IMG/VR virus record: IMGVR_UViG_3300031673_008321
Direction: 5' to 3' (one strand)
Length of the DNA: 64,000 bases
From: an uncultured virus (IMG/VR IMGVR_UViG_3300031673_008321)
Lineage: Duplodnaviria; Heunggongvirae; Uroviricota; Caudoviricetes
In this document: positions 9,129 to 19,860 of the stretch, piece after piece
Numbering within the stretch: position 1 is the stretch's first letter
Layout of the letters: each line of letters opens with the position of its first letter
Made by a program: the position numbers and the translations under genes
Notes under the pieces: model-generated
Seen by the model: only the letters and a program-made list of their open reading frames with translations
Told to the model about the DNA's origin: nothing
The model's database searches: none

Positions 9129-10149
9129 AAAAGAAGAACAACGTGCTCATATAAGTAGATTGAAGGAAGCTATTGATGCTGAACAGTTATTAAGATTGTT
9201 GGGTTTTGATATCTCTAGAACTACCTCAACCGAAGTCAGGGCTGTGTGTAAACTACATGGTGGCTCTAACAGAAGTTCATTTCGTATGAATAAGCAAACT
9301 AAAAATTGGGTTTGTTTTTCCCAATCTTGTCAAGATACTATAGGTTATGATGTTATAAGTTTAGTCAAAGAAGTGCTTAATCTGTCGTTTCCCGCAGCGC
9401 TTAAGTATTTAGAGAACCTAACAGGTGTGAATGTGTATGATGATATTGCTTATGTAGAATTTAAGCGTGCTAAGGATAGACGGGAATTTATACAACAGTC
9501 AATGGATAACAGGCAAGTACCGTTAGCATTGGTGAGTGAAGAGTATTTAAAAAGCTTTAAAAAGTTTCGTTCCAATTATTTTGGAAAAGAAAATAATGGC
9601 GGCTTTTCAACCGAAATATTGGATGAGTTTGAAATAGGTGGTGGGTATATCGATAAGTATGGTTTTCAAAGAGACGTCATACCTATAAGAGACGAACACG
9701 GGGAACTTAAAGCCTATAGTTGTAGGGACATAACAGGCAAAGCTGATGAAGCTTTTAAATATCTGTTGACGAAGGGTTTTGATAAGAACAGGGTTCTCTA
9801 TAATTTACAGAGAGCAAAAGATTACATGGGTAAGTCTCGAACTTTAATAGTAGTTGAGGGTTTTAAATCTGTTTGGAAGTTGTACATGGCCGGGTACAAG
9901 AATGTAGTGGCGTGTATAGGAAGTACTTTAACCCCAGGGCAACAGAGTTTATTATATAGCCACGCGTTTGAAGTGATACTTTTTCTCGACGGCGATGCCG
10001 CCGGGGTAAAAGGAACCTCAAAAGCCTTGGAAGATATGAATGGTAAGATAAAAGTCATACCTATATTTTTTCCATATGAAAACCAAGATCCAGGAGATCT
10101 AAATATAGAAGAATTTAAAGAATTTGATAATATTTTTAGGAGGACATAA
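9082..10149 (+). CDS. dnaG: DNA primase, DnaG type (CHC2 zinc finger + TOPRIM)
   Basis: CKLH...CFSQSC zinc finger, LYNL, VVEGFK, FLDGDAAG, DPGD. Confidence 0.92.
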   Translation: MEQTQQSQTSPGSTSKKEEQRAHISRLKEAIDAEQLLRLLGFDISRTTSTEVRAVCKLHGGSNRSSFRMNKQTKNWVCFSQSCQDTIGYDVISLVKEVLNLSFPAALKYLENLTGVNVYDDIAYVEFKRAKDRREFIQQSMDNRQVPLALVSEEYLKSFKKFRSNYFGKENNGGFSTEILDEFEIGGGYIDKYGFQRDVIPIRDEHGELKAYSCRDITGKADEAFKYLLTKGFDKNRVLYNLQRAKDYMGKSRTLIVVEGFKSVWKLYMAGYKNVVACIGSTLTPGQQSLLYSHAFEVILFLDGDAAGVKGTSKALEDMNGKIKVIPIFFPYENQDPGDLNIEEFKEFDNIFRRT

Positions 10150-10526
10150 TGGCTAAGAAAAAAGAACAAGAGCCGAAATTTCAAGACGTAGTTGGTACAC
10201 CAACACCGATGATGCTACCAGCTAGGAATTACAAATTCAGGGTATACGATGAGGAGTTTAGTGTTACAATACCACGAAAAGGTAGGTATGTTGATTTAGA
10301 CGATAAAATGTATACAGAAGAAGACGGTGCGTTTGATTTGATGCAATACTCAAGAAAAGATAAAGCTCAGATAATATATTTGCCTACTCTCTCAAGGGTT
10401 CTGTTTGCTACAGCGCAGTATCCAGACATAAAAGATACTCAGGCTTTTACACCCATAGCTTTGATTATTAAGAAAGACGTGGTAGAGATAATAGGAAATC
10501 TTATAGAGATGATAAAGGAGAATTAA
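10149..10526 (+). CDS. Hypothetical protein
   Basis: AGGAGG RBS; stop/start overlap with the primase gene. Confidence 0.7.
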   Translation: MAKKKEQEPKFQDVVGTPTPMMLPARNYKFRVYDEEFSVTIPRKGRYVDLDDKMYTEEDGAFDLMQYSRKDKAQIIYLPTLSRVLFATAQYPDIKDTQAFTPIALIIKKDVVEIIGNLIEMIKEN

Positions 10527-10527
10527 A

Positions 10528-10917
10528 ATGAATTGCCCAAAATGTGAAGAAGTAGAACTTTTAGTACTCCACACAGATTCAATAGAATGTACTGATTGTG
10601 GTGCAACGATGAATATATCTTACTGTTTGTGCCCAAACTGTCAATGGGCTTGTCGTATGAATAATGATGAGTTTTTAGATGAAATGAAGATGACTACTGA
10701 GGGGTTGGGTGAAGTTATAGAAGATCTTGACGGGTTATTGTCTGAATGTGGTGATCCTGAAATTACATGGGCGCCTGATTTAAATGTAGGATCTATGTTA
10801 GATTTGATTCATCCCTGTGTTAAGTGTGGTGAAACTATGACTGCTTATAATCCAGAGACATCTGAATATGAGTGCTTAGACTGTGGTTTTAAATGGGGGA
10901 TACTAACTAATGAGTAA
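10528..10917 (+). CDS. Multi-zinc-ribbon protein
   Basis: Five CxxC pairs; AAGGAG RBS. Confidence 0.7.
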   Translation: MNCPKCEEVELLVLHTDSIECTDCGATMNISYCLCPNCQWACRMNNDEFLDEMKMTTEGLGEVIEDLDGLLSECGDPEITWAPDLNVGSMLDLIHPCVKCGETMTAYNPETSEYECLDCGFKWGILTNE

Positions 10918-11065
10918 GAAAGATATTAAGTTGCAATGCAAATTTTGTGGTCGAGAAAGATTGTTAAAAGATTTATTTAGATGTTATGAATGTAAATCTA
11001 TATGTTGTAATGATCATGTAAACGATGATTATGCAATTTGTCCGGAGTGTAGAAAAAATGAATAA
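10910..11065 (+). CDS. 51-aa Cys-rich zinc-finger microprotein (absent from the ORF track)
   Basis: MSKKDIKLQCKFCGRERLLKDLFRCYECKSICCNDHVNDDYAICPECRKNE; GGGGA RBS; overlaps both neighbours and fills the gap. Confidence 0.7.
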   Translation: MSKKDIKLQCKFCGRERLLKDLFRCYECKSICCNDHVNDDYAICPECRKNE

Positions 11066-11546
11066 AATATTATCATTTGACGTATCATCCGTATGTACGG
11101 GGTGGTCTTTTATATTTAACGGAAAGCTCCAGGAGTTCGGGACTATAGAACCTTCTAAAAGTTTTCGCTTACAGGAAAAGTTATATTATTTTAAGAATGA
11201 AGTAAACGCATTATTGAAAATTTTTTGTCCCGACTATATAATAGTTGAAGATACTTATCTAAAAAATGTTAAAACATTAAAAACATTAATGCAATTCGTT
11301 ACTGTGGTAAATATAGAATGTTTTGAAGTATTAGATGAGGAGCCGTTATTTATAAGCCCTCAAACAGTTAGAAGTCACTATAAATTGAAGACTAAAGAAG
11401 ACGTATTCGATTACGTTAAAAATAAATATAAAGTAAAGCTGAAGAATTACACGTTTGAGACTGGTAATGATATAACAGATTCCGCATTACAGGGGTTATA
11501 TTGGTATGGCGTGTTGTCAGAGAATGGAGAAGAAAATGCCGAATAA
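11058..11546 (+). CDS. RuvC-like Holliday junction resolvase
   Basis: ILSFDVSSVCTGW, IIVED and NDITDSA acidic catalytic motifs. Confidence 0.8.
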   Translation: MNKILSFDVSSVCTGWSFIFNGKLQEFGTIEPSKSFRLQEKLYYFKNEVNALLKIFCPDYIIVEDTYLKNVKTLKTLMQFVTVVNIECFEVLDEEPLFISPQTVRSHYKLKTKEDVFDYVKNKYKVKLKNYTFETGNDITDSALQGLYWYGVLSENGEENAE

Positions 11547-12669
11547 AAAAACTATAATTATGTCAGCAACTAGAATGCAAATGTATCTAACCTGCCGTTG
11601 GAAATATTGGTGCAATTACGTATTACACCTACCACGTAAGCCCAATGTATCGTTTAAGCTGGGTATAGCTGTGCACGAGTCCTTAGCTTTAGCTGGTGAT
11701 ATATGGAAATTACATGAAAAGTTCACGGGAAAGAGTATATTAAGGATAAAAGAGGTATATAATAAAACCGCTGCAAGAGAGGGTATAGCTGACATCAACA
11801 TTTATCATGAAGGGTTAGCGATGGTAATGAGTAGGGTTAATAACTTTGCCAATGGTACCATATTAACTGTTGAAGATAGGTTTAAGGTAACAACAAATGA
11901 AGGTGTTATGCTGATGGGTGCTATGGATAAAGTCGAAGAACTAAATGAAGACACTGTTTTAGTTACTGATTATAAAACCTCTAAATATTTTGAAACCACT
12001 TCAGAATTGAAAGCAGACATACAGCTTTCAGTATATGATGTAGTTGCAAGTATTAAATATCCAGATTACAAACGTATCGTTTTGTCTTTGGATTATTTGA
12101 GAGGTTCGCCAGTATACACTTACCGCACACCTGACGAGCGTAAAGGATTTATGGAATATATGCTTGCTATTTATGCCGAGATGCTGAAACTTAAAAAAGA
12201 AAAGTGTGTGCCAACTTTGAATGATATGTGTAATTGGTGTGATTTTACTGACAATTGTACAGCGTATCAAGAAGCTCTGGTGGGTAAATCATTTATTAAA
12301 AGAAAACCAGAGGAATACGATACCGAAGAATTAGTAAAAGATTACCTTGATATTAAAAGTAGAAAAAGAATAATTGATAATAGAGAAAAGCAACTTAAAT
12401 CTTATATTTTAGATAAAATACAGTCGGATGAAGAAGATGTTATAGGACAGGGTAAAGTATTGTACGTTAGACAGAACGCATCTACAGAATATGAGCCAAA
12501 AACTGTTTTTGAAGCAATGCCTTTGGATGAATTTCTTGGTGTAATAAAAGTGTCTAAGGGAAAAGCAGATGAATTTTTACTTAGAAACCCAGCCGCGAAA
12601 ATTAAAATTATGGAAACGGCGACGAAGAATTATACCTCGCCGTTCTTAGCTCACAAAAACTTGAAATGA
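11536..12669 (+). CDS. Cas4/RecB-like PD-(D/E)XK exonuclease
   Basis: SATR..YLTC, GAMDKV...DYKT, QLSVY, CNWC.....C Fe-S-type cysteines. Confidence 0.85.
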   Translation: MPNKKTIIMSATRMQMYLTCRWKYWCNYVLHLPRKPNVSFKLGIAVHESLALAGDIWKLHEKFTGKSILRIKEVYNKTAAREGIADINIYHEGLAMVMSRVNNFANGTILTVEDRFKVTTNEGVMLMGAMDKVEELNEDTVLVTDYKTSKYFETTSELKADIQLSVYDVVASIKYPDYKRIVLSLDYLRGSPVYTYRTPDERKGFMEYMLAIYAEMLKLKKEKCVPTLNDMCNWCDFTDNCTAYQEALVGKSFIKRKPEEYDTEELVKDYLDIKSRKRIIDNREKQLKSYILDKIQSDEEDVIGQGKVLYVRQNASTEYEPKTVFEAMPLDEFLGVIKVSKGKADEFLLRNPAAKIKIMETATKNYTSPFLAHKNLK

Positions 12670-13526
12670 AAAAACATAGTTACGAATTTATAAAAAGTGA
12701 ATTTGAAAAAGAAGGGTATAAACTATTTAGTAAGGACTATGTCGATGTTCATACTAGTATGAAATTACTTTGCCATGTTGGGCATGAGCTCTATATGCGC
12801 TGGGAGGTTTTTAATAGGGGAGGTAGGTGTAAATTTTGTAATCACGATAGTATGCGATTAGATATAGAATTTATTAGGCAAAGTTTTAAAAAGGAAGGGT
12901 ATATACTTTTAACTAAAAAATATATAAATGCATATCAGCAATTGAAATATATTTGTCCTGAAGGTCACAAGCATTTTATAACGTGGGGTAGTTGGAATCA
13001 TGGTAATAGATGTGGTATATGTGCTAGTAATGTAAAACATACAATAGAATTTATTCAATCTGAATTTGCTAAAGAAGGTTATCAACTATCATTAACCACT
13101 GAATACATAAACAATAAGCAGAAATTAAAATATATTTGTTCTAATGGACATGAACATGGTATAACTTGGTCTGACTGGAAAACAGGGTATAGATGCCCTA
13201 TGTGTCGAGCTATTAATATGGTAGGGGAAGGCAATCATCAGTGGAAAGGTGGTATTACGTGTGAGCCTTATTGTGATGCTTGGGCCGACAAAGAGTACAA
13301 GAAATCAATTTTGGAAAGAGATAACTACCAATGCCAAAACCCAGATTGCTGGGAAACTGATAAAAAATTAACAGTTCACCACATTGATTATAATAAGAAG
13401 CACTGTGGTCCGGAAAATTTAATTACGCTGTGCAGATCTTGTAACGGAAGATCAAACAAAGATAGAGAGTGGTATACTAGTTATTATACAGAAATAATGA
13501 GGAGGAAGGGTTATGCCAAAAAGTAA
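12666..13526 (+). CDS. HNH homing endonuclease with three N-terminal zinc-ribbon repeats
   Basis: Three C..GH...W.....RC..C repeats, WKGG linker, RDNYQCQ...VHHIDY...NLITLCRSC. Confidence 0.85.
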   Translation: MKKHSYEFIKSEFEKEGYKLFSKDYVDVHTSMKLLCHVGHELYMRWEVFNRGGRCKFCNHDSMRLDIEFIRQSFKKEGYILLTKKYINAYQQLKYICPEGHKHFITWGSWNHGNRCGICASNVKHTIEFIQSEFAKEGYQLSLTTEYINNKQKLKYICSNGHEHGITWSDWKTGYRCPMCRAINMVGEGNHQWKGGITCEPYCDAWADKEYKKSILERDNYQCQNPDCWETDKKLTVHHIDYNKKHCGPENLITLCRSCNGRSNKDREWYTSYYTEIMRRKGYAKK

Positions 13527-14871
13527 GACAAGGAAGAAACCACAAAAGAAAAGTACTACGAAGAAATTAATAATACCACAACAAGGAAAAATAAAAGTGC
13601 TAGGCTACGCGGACGCTCCGACTTGTGCGACTGGATTTGGAACTGTGAGCAGGAATATTTTCGAAGGGCTTTACAACACAGGCAGGTATGATATAGATAT
13701 TCTCGGGATCAATTTTTGGGGTGATCCCCACCAATTTCCGTACAGGATTTGGCCAACCGGTACTAATCAAGAAAAGGATCCGTACGGAAGGCAGAAAGTT
13801 TTGAATATGATTCCCCAAATGGATTTTGATATTTTGTTTTTATTACAGGATAGTTTCATATTGGAATTTGTACCAAAACTTATAGATCATTTAAGAAAGC
13901 ATAGGGCTAAACCTTTTAAATCTATTCTTTATTACCCAGTGGATTCTATAATCAAACAGCCTTGGGCTGAGAATGTAAATCCCGCTGATTATTTAGTAGC
14001 TTATTCTGAATTTGGTAAAAGAGAAACTCTTAAGCGCATTGATAGACCTGATATGGAGGTTATTCCTCACGGTGTTAACACCGCTGAGTATTATCCTTTA
14101 CCTAAAGAAGAAATTGATAAGTTTAAAAAGCAATATTTTGGCCCGTTTGCTGATCATTTCATTATTACTAACGTTAATAGGAATCAGCAACGTAAAGATA
14201 TTCCAAGAACTATTATGGCTTTTAAGGAATTTAGAAAAATAGTTCCTAATTCGGTTCTTTATCTACATATGGCTATGAAAGATCAGGGCTGGGATTTAGC
14301 AGAGGTCTGTAAAAGCTTTGAAATGGATATTAGTAAGGATGTTATTTTTCCTAAGAATTTTGGCCCGAATCAGGGATATCCACGGCATATTTTGAACATG
14401 CTTTATAATTGTAGTGATGTTGTTATAAGCACCACTTTAGGTGAGGGGTTTGGTTTGGCATGGATGGAAGCGATGGGGGCTAAGACTCCTATAATCATGC
14501 CAGCTAACACTATGTTACCTGAGTTTATTACTGAAGAAACCGGTTGGTTGTGTGATAGTGGGTCAGATCCAAGTCATTGGACTGTAATTCAATTCGATAA
14601 TGAGGTTCCCAGACCACTGGTTGATGTTGATAGCCTTACAAAAACTCTTGTAGAAATTTATAATAACCCAGAAGAAGCAAAACGCCGCGCCGAAAATGCA
14701 TATAAGTGGGTTAACAATAAAATGGATTGGCAAAAAAGTATAGCTCCCATGTGGGTTAAGTTGTTTGATAAGGCTTATATGTATATGCAGAAAGAGCAAG
14801 AAAAACTTAGTGAATCTATTGATAATGTTGTAGATAATTTAGGGAAAACCATTAAAACGGAGGAGTTCTAA
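13513..14871 (+). CDS. Glycosyltransferase, GT-B/GT4
   Basis: TGFGTV, IPHGV, NRNQQRKD, EGFGLAWMEA. Confidence 0.9.
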   Translation: MPKSKTRKKPQKKSTTKKLIIPQQGKIKVLGYADAPTCATGFGTVSRNIFEGLYNTGRYDIDILGINFWGDPHQFPYRIWPTGTNQEKDPYGRQKVLNMIPQMDFDILFLLQDSFILEFVPKLIDHLRKHRAKPFKSILYYPVDSIIKQPWAENVNPADYLVAYSEFGKRETLKRIDRPDMEVIPHGVNTAEYYPLPKEEIDKFKKQYFGPFADHFIITNVNRNQQRKDIPRTIMAFKEFRKIVPNSVLYLHMAMKDQGWDLAEVCKSFEMDISKDVIFPKNFGPNQGYPRHILNMLYNCSDVVISTTLGEGFGLAWMEAMGAKTPIIMPANTMLPEFITEETGWLCDSGSDPSHWTVIQFDNEVPRPLVDVDSLTKTLVEIYNNPEEAKRRAENAYKWVNNKMDWQKSIAPMWVKLFDKAYMYMQKEQEKLSESIDNVVDNLGKTIKTEEF

Positions 14872-17090
14872 TGGAAATAAAAGGTATAAGATACATTGGA
14901 CCGATGTTTGATATGTCCGGTTATGCTCAAGCGGCTAGAGGTTACGCATTATCACTTCATAGACTAGGAATTCCACTCACTATAAAAGCAGTTTCTTTTG
15001 AAGGGGCCGAAAAAAATGATTTTGGTGAGTCTGGTAGAGTATTGCGGTCATTAGTAAATAAAGATATTGATTATAATATAGTTATAATTCATTTGACAGT
15101 TGAGCATTATGAACAAATGAAAGAATCTGGTAAGACTAATATTGGGTATTCAGTTTGGGAAACCAGTAAGATACACCCTGAATGGGTTAAATGGCTTAAT
15201 AGTACAGTAGACGCAGTTATGACAGCGTCAGATTGGGGAGTAGAAGTTTACAAAAATTCTGGTGTGGATATTCCGATATTTAGTGTACCACATGGGATAG
15301 ACATGGATGAGTATAAAGGGGTTGAGCCATATAGTATCGATGGTGTAAATCCAGATGCCTATAAATTTTATGGGATTTTTCAATTTTTCGAGAGAAAACA
15401 TCCTATGGGGATAATTAAATCTTATTGGCACGCATTTCAAAATCATGAGGATGTGGCTTTAATTTTAAAGACCTATAGACAAGGTTTTTCTGAGGCCGAA
15501 AAAAATATAGTCAGAGAAACTATTAAAAGAGTTAAAAATATGATGCCGATGGAGAATTATCCACCCTTATATTTAATAGGGGATGTGCTTAGTAGAGATC
15601 AAATTTTAGGATTACATAAAGCCTGTGATTGTTTAGTTAGTTTAGATAGAGGCGAAGGATTTGGACTTGTGCCTTTCGAGGCTGGTGCTTGTGGTAATCC
15701 TATTATGGTTACTGGTTGGGGCGGTGCTTTGGAATATGCTAAACCAGAACATAGTTATCTGGTAGATTATAGTTTGACACCAGTCTTTGGCATGCCGTGG
15801 TGTATTTCTTTGAATTCTTTAGTAAAAACAGACGCTGGTTATATTAAAGCTAAGAATTTGAAAGAAGGCGTGTTGGTTAGGAATAAAAATCTTAATGTTA
15901 AGAAAATTAATAAAATTAAATTCAGATCACTGGTAGATGGGGAGGAAGTCTGTTCTTTGAAATATTTTTCTATGCCTGACAGTACAGATGTTACTAATGA
16001 TCATAAACTTTATGTGTTGAATGAAAAGGATAAACCTATAAGAAAAAAGGTGTCCGATATAAATGTTGGGGATTACTTGTATGTACCAAAGCCTGTGTTA
16101 CATAGTAATTCACCTACTTATAGTCCATCTAACAGTTCCTATGAAAAATTTGAGCAGCTTTTTTATTTATCAGGGTTATATTTAGCAGAGGGTTATATAA
16201 ATAGAGGTAACAGTTATGTTAGTTTTTCTTTTAATATAAATGAAAAATATACTTTAGGTAAAAAGTGTAAAGATTGTATGGTGAATATATTTGGAGATTC
16301 GGTAAGACATATTTATGATCGTGATTTGGAAGATAGAAATGGTTATGAGGTTAGTTTTTATGGGGATGAATTAGTAAATTTTTTTAGTTATCATTTTGGT
16401 TCTGGTAGCCATGAGAAATATATATCCGATGAAATTAAATTTAACGAACTTAATTATAAATTATTACAGGGTTATTGGGATGGGGATGGTCATATAAGAA
16501 AAGATGGGTATAAAAATAAAAAGACTGGTAAAAAAAGGATAAGCCCGGAGTGTGTGGCCAGCACAGCCTCTTTTGATTTAGCTATGGATTTAAGAGATGT
16601 TTTGTTGTCTTTAGGTATAGTGCCCTCACTCAACAGATCTGAGAGAGATGATGGTAGAATAAATTATGTTTTTTCTATTTCAAATTCTATATTTGATAGT
16701 TTGTTTGGTATTGAGGCTAATAGGGTGCATAGTAATCATAAAAAGTATGTGGAAAATGGTTTCGGTGTTTTAGTCACCAAAAAGGAATTGCTGGAAAATT
16801 ATGATGATTTAGTTTGTAGTATTTCTGTAGATATAGATGATGATGAGTCTATAGAAGGTGGTGGTAGTTATATACTTAATGGTATAGCATCAAGCAATTC
16901 TCCTTTTTATCGTGGTGATCAGTTGTGGGCCGAACCTGATATTGCACAAGCTAGTAGTTTGATGCGGCACATTTTTAAAAATCAAGAAGAAGCTGTTAAT
17001 AAGGGTAGAATGCTGCAGCAATGCATTGCTGATAATTTTACGTGGGATAAAATGGGTGAGAGGATAATAAATGTTATTAAGTCTTTATAG
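14871..17090 (+). CDS. Glycosyltransferase GT4 interrupted by an intein
   Basis: SGYAQAAR, WET, PHGID, ERK, RGEGFGLVPFEAGACG; the extein resumes at SPFY...WAEPD. Confidence 0.88.
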   Translation: MEIKGIRYIGPMFDMSGYAQAARGYALSLHRLGIPLTIKAVSFEGAEKNDFGESGRVLRSLVNKDIDYNIVIIHLTVEHYEQMKESGKTNIGYSVWETSKIHPEWVKWLNSTVDAVMTASDWGVEVYKNSGVDIPIFSVPHGIDMDEYKGVEPYSIDGVNPDAYKFYGIFQFFERKHPMGIIKSYWHAFQNHEDVALILKTYRQGFSEAEKNIVRETIKRVKNMMPMENYPPLYLIGDVLSRDQILGLHKACDCLVSLDRGEGFGLVPFEAGACGNPIMVTGWGGALEYAKPEHSYLVDYSLTPVFGMPWCISLNSLVKTDAGYIKAKNLKEGVLVRNKNLNVKKINKIKFRSLVDGEEVCSLKYFSMPDSTDVTNDHKLYVLNEKDKPIRKKVSDINVGDYLYVPKPVLHSNSPTYSPSNSSYEKFEQLFYLSGLYLAEGYINRGNSYVSFSFNINEKYTLGKKCKDCMVNIFGDSVRHIYDRDLEDRNGYEVSFYGDELVNFFSYHFGSGSHEKYISDEIKFNELNYKLLQGYWDGDGHIRKDGYKNKKTGKKRISPECVASTASFDLAMDLRDVLLSLGIVPSLNRSERDDGRINYVFSISNSIFDSLFGIEANRVHSNHKKYVENGFGVLVTKKELLENYDDLVCSISVDIDDDESIEGGGSYILNGIASSNSPFYRGDQLWAEPDIAQASSLMRHIFKNQEEAVNKGRMLQQCIADNFTWDKMGERIINVIKSL
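15801..16898 (+). mobile_element. 366-aa intein with LAGLIDADG endonuclease domain
   Basis: N-terminal W/CISLNSLV, block B VTNDHKL, LSGLYLAEG and LQGYWDGDG, C-terminal YILNGIASSN/S with Ser at +1. Confidence 0.88.
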
Positions 17091-17099
17091 GAGGGGATT

Positions 17100-17993
17100 A
17101 TGAATGTGATATTGCGCCCGGTATTTAATAGACCGGAGATGTTACAATTATCATTAGAATATGAGAAGGCTGCAAGGGAATATTTTATGTTGCCTGGTGA
17201 ATATGTTACTGTGTTTATAGTGGAGTATGGGTCGCTGCCAAAAACATTAGAGTTAGTGGAGAACTACCCTTTTAAGGCTAAACATATAGTAAGGGGTGAA
17301 AAATATGGTTTATCTAAAAACATACTAGAAGGTATGAAAGAAGTGTTTAAATTAGCTGATGATCATATTATTTATATAGAAGATGATGTATTAATTCATA
17401 AAACTTATTTTCAATATATGGATATTTTATTAAACATGTTTTCGAAAGATGAATATAGTATACTTTCACCTTATAATGGAGATGATAACGGTAAGGTTAA
17501 TGAGTTTTATAATGGCAATCATTATGCAGCGTTAGCCCCTTTGATTAATAAAGAGTTTTTTAAAATGTATGTTGAGCCGTGTGTAAGCTCTGTTTATTAT
17601 GAAAATTATAATACACGCGATAAATTTATAACAAGCCTTAATAATAAGTATAAAGAGTATTGGGATAAGGGTTATTGGTATGGTTCTAGTCGTGCGCACA
17701 ATGAACAAGCTGGGATGCTGTCAAGATTGCAGAATGTTGCTATGATAGAAGAAAATAGAGTTATGATTCAGCCTTATGTTAATAGGCAAATGCATGCTGG
17801 GTTTTACGGAAAAAACCGTCCTGGTGGCAAAATCCCTGGTGATAATTTTGAAATGAGGGTAGAAAATTTGCGAGAAATTATAAAGGATGCTAACGAAATG
17901 TATAAGTTAAGCACCACTAAACAGTACAATGATTATAGAGTATTTAGTCCGAAATTAGAAGAATGGGATGGCACATTATATGCCAAAAAGTAA
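17100..17993 (+). CDS. GT-A fold glycosyltransferase
   Basis: VFNRPEML, GLSKNI, IYIEDDV. Confidence 0.75.
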   Translation: MNVILRPVFNRPEMLQLSLEYEKAAREYFMLPGEYVTVFIVEYGSLPKTLELVENYPFKAKHIVRGEKYGLSKNILEGMKEVFKLADDHIIYIEDDVLIHKTYFQYMDILLNMFSKDEYSILSPYNGDDNGKVNEFYNGNHYAALAPLINKEFFKMYVEPCVSSVYYENYNTRDKFITSLNNKYKEYWDKGYWYGSSRAHNEQAGMLSRLQNVAMIEENRVMIQPYVNRQMHAGFYGKNRPGGKIPGDNFEMRVENLREIIKDANEMYKLSTTKQYNDYRVFSPKLEEWDGTLYAKK

Positions 17994-18864
17994 ATTAATT
18001 TTTTGTAGTGGAGAAGGTGTGGGAAATGTAATTCAGACTATACCTGTGATACGTACTCTAAATGAGGTCTTAGGCTTCGAAATAGACTTCTGGCACGCAT
18101 TTGGTAGCTTTTCTATACCCAAGGTCATACCTTATGTAGATAAATGGATTTGTGGTGGAGAAATAATTAATGTTAACCTAGATGAATATATTGGAAAAGT
18201 AGCAACTTTGTGGGTAAATAATTATATCAATAGACCGCCTCTTAGCGAATTAAAATTATTGAACAAAATAATTCATTTGACCATGGTGAGATCTGAAATA
18301 GATTGTTACATGGATATAGCACGAGATTTAGGTGTAAAAGAAGAAGATATTATATGGCACGGCAACTGTAATTATTCACCATCAATGGTCAAATATGACA
18401 TTGTTATTCATAATGGATATAACCCAGTAGGATCAGCTAATTGGAAAATTAAAAGCTACCCTTATTATCCACAAGTAGTGGAACTATTAAAAGATGGTGG
18501 TTTGACTGTTTGTTCGGTCGGTGGTAAACATGAATATATAAAAGGAACTGATAATAAAACTGGACTAGATCTACTTAGCACAGGTGGAATACTGAAGAAC
18601 TGTAAAGTGTTTCTTGGAAATGATTCAGGTCTTTATCATTATGCTAATACACTAAAAGTACCTAATGTAGTAATTTTTACGGCGACTTCAATAGAAAAGA
18701 ACCACGATAAAAGATTTCATAAATATTCAACTATTATAGGTAGGGATGATTTAAAATGTAGACCGTGCCAAGCTGGTAGAAGGTGGAACAAAGATTGTAA
18801 GACATGGGATTGTAGAGAAATAGATCCAGAAGTAATATATGAATCTGTTAGAGGGTTGTTATGA
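17980..18864 (+). CDS. GT9 (heptosyltransferase-like) glycosyltransferase
   Basis: GVGNVIQ, KSYP, FLGNDSGLYH, CRPC. Confidence 0.85.
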   Translation: MPKSKLIFCSGEGVGNVIQTIPVIRTLNEVLGFEIDFWHAFGSFSIPKVIPYVDKWICGGEIINVNLDEYIGKVATLWVNNYINRPPLSELKLLNKIIHLTMVRSEIDCYMDIARDLGVKEEDIIWHGNCNYSPSMVKYDIVIHNGYNPVGSANWKIKSYPYYPQVVELLKDGGLTVCSVGGKHEYIKGTDNKTGLDLLSTGGILKNCKVFLGNDSGLYHYANTLKVPNVVIFTATSIEKNHDKRFHKYSTIIGRDDLKCRPCQAGRRWNKDCKTWDCREIDPEVIYESVRGLL

Positions 18865-19835
18865 TAAAAGTGTTAGTTACTGGCGGAGCCGGTTATATAG
18901 GGGCTCATGTTGCTAAAGAACTTAACAAAAAAGGATATCTGCCTATTGTTTATGATAATTTGATTTATGGGCACAAAGAATTAGTAAAATGGGGTGATTT
19001 TGTTCTGGGAGACCTGGCTGATATAGAACATATGAGATTGGTTTTTAAAAAATTTTCTATCAAGGCTGTGATGCATTTTTCAGCTTATGCCTATGTTGGC
19101 GAATCTGTCCAGCACCCGGCTAAATATTATCTTAATAATGTTGTAAATACAATCAATCTTCTTAATGTGATGAGGGAGTTTGGTGTAAAATATTTTATAT
19201 TTTCTTCTTCATGCGCTACATATGGTTACCCAAAAGAAATTCCAATAACAGAGAATCACATTCAAAAACCGATTAATCCTTATGGTCAAAGCAAACTCAT
19301 GGTTGAACGCATATTATCTGATTTTTTGACCGCTTATGATTTAAAATATATTTCGCTTAGATATTTCAATGCGGCTGGTGCTGACCCAGACACCGAGATT
19401 GGCGAATGGCATGAACCAGAGACTCATTTAATTCCACTTGTGCTAGATGTAGCGATGGGTAAGAGAGATCATATAAAAATTTTTGGGATGGATTATAACA
19501 CAGAAGATGGCACTTGTGTTAGGGACTATATACATGTAACCGATCTTGCAACCGCACATATATTGGCGTTGGAATATTTATTTAGTGGTGGGAATAGTGA
19601 TGTTTTTAATTTAGGCAACGGTAAAGGGTTTTCAGTAAAAGAGGTTATCGAGACGGTAAAGATAGTTACAGGAAAAACGGTAAATGTAGTAGAATGGTAT
19701 AGAAGACTTGGAGACCCGGAGATTTTGATAGGTGATTACACTAAGGCAGAAAATATTTTAAAATGGCAGCAACAATATAATGATCTATCAAGGATTATTG
19801 AAACTGCTTGGGAATGGCATAAGAAACAAAAATAA
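18861..19835 (+). CDS. galE: UDP-glucose 4-epimerase
   Basis: [43 protein letters not shown]. Confidence 0.95.
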   Translation: MIKVLVTGGAGYIGAHVAKELNKKGYLPIVYDNLIYGHKELVKWGDFVLGDLADIEHMRLVFKKFSIKAVMHFSAYAYVGESVQHPAKYYLNNVVNTINLLNVMREFGVKYFIFSSSCATYGYPKEIPITENHIQKPINPYGQSKLMVERILSDFLTAYDLKYISLRYFNAAGADPDTEIGEWHEPETHLIPLVLDVAMGKRDHIKIFGMDYNTEDGTCVRDYIHVTDLATAHILALEYLFSGGNSDVFNLGNGKGFSVKEVIETVKIVTGKTVNVVEWYRRLGDPEILIGDYTKAENILKWQQQYNDLSRIIETAWEWHKKQK

Positions 19836-19860
19836 AGAATTAGGAAAAGGGAGAACAGAA

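Noticed and set aside
11536..12669. Cas4-like gene as evidence of a CRISPR-Cas system
   Set aside because: No cas1, cas2 or array in the window; solo Cas4/RecB-like nucleases are common in phage recombination modules.
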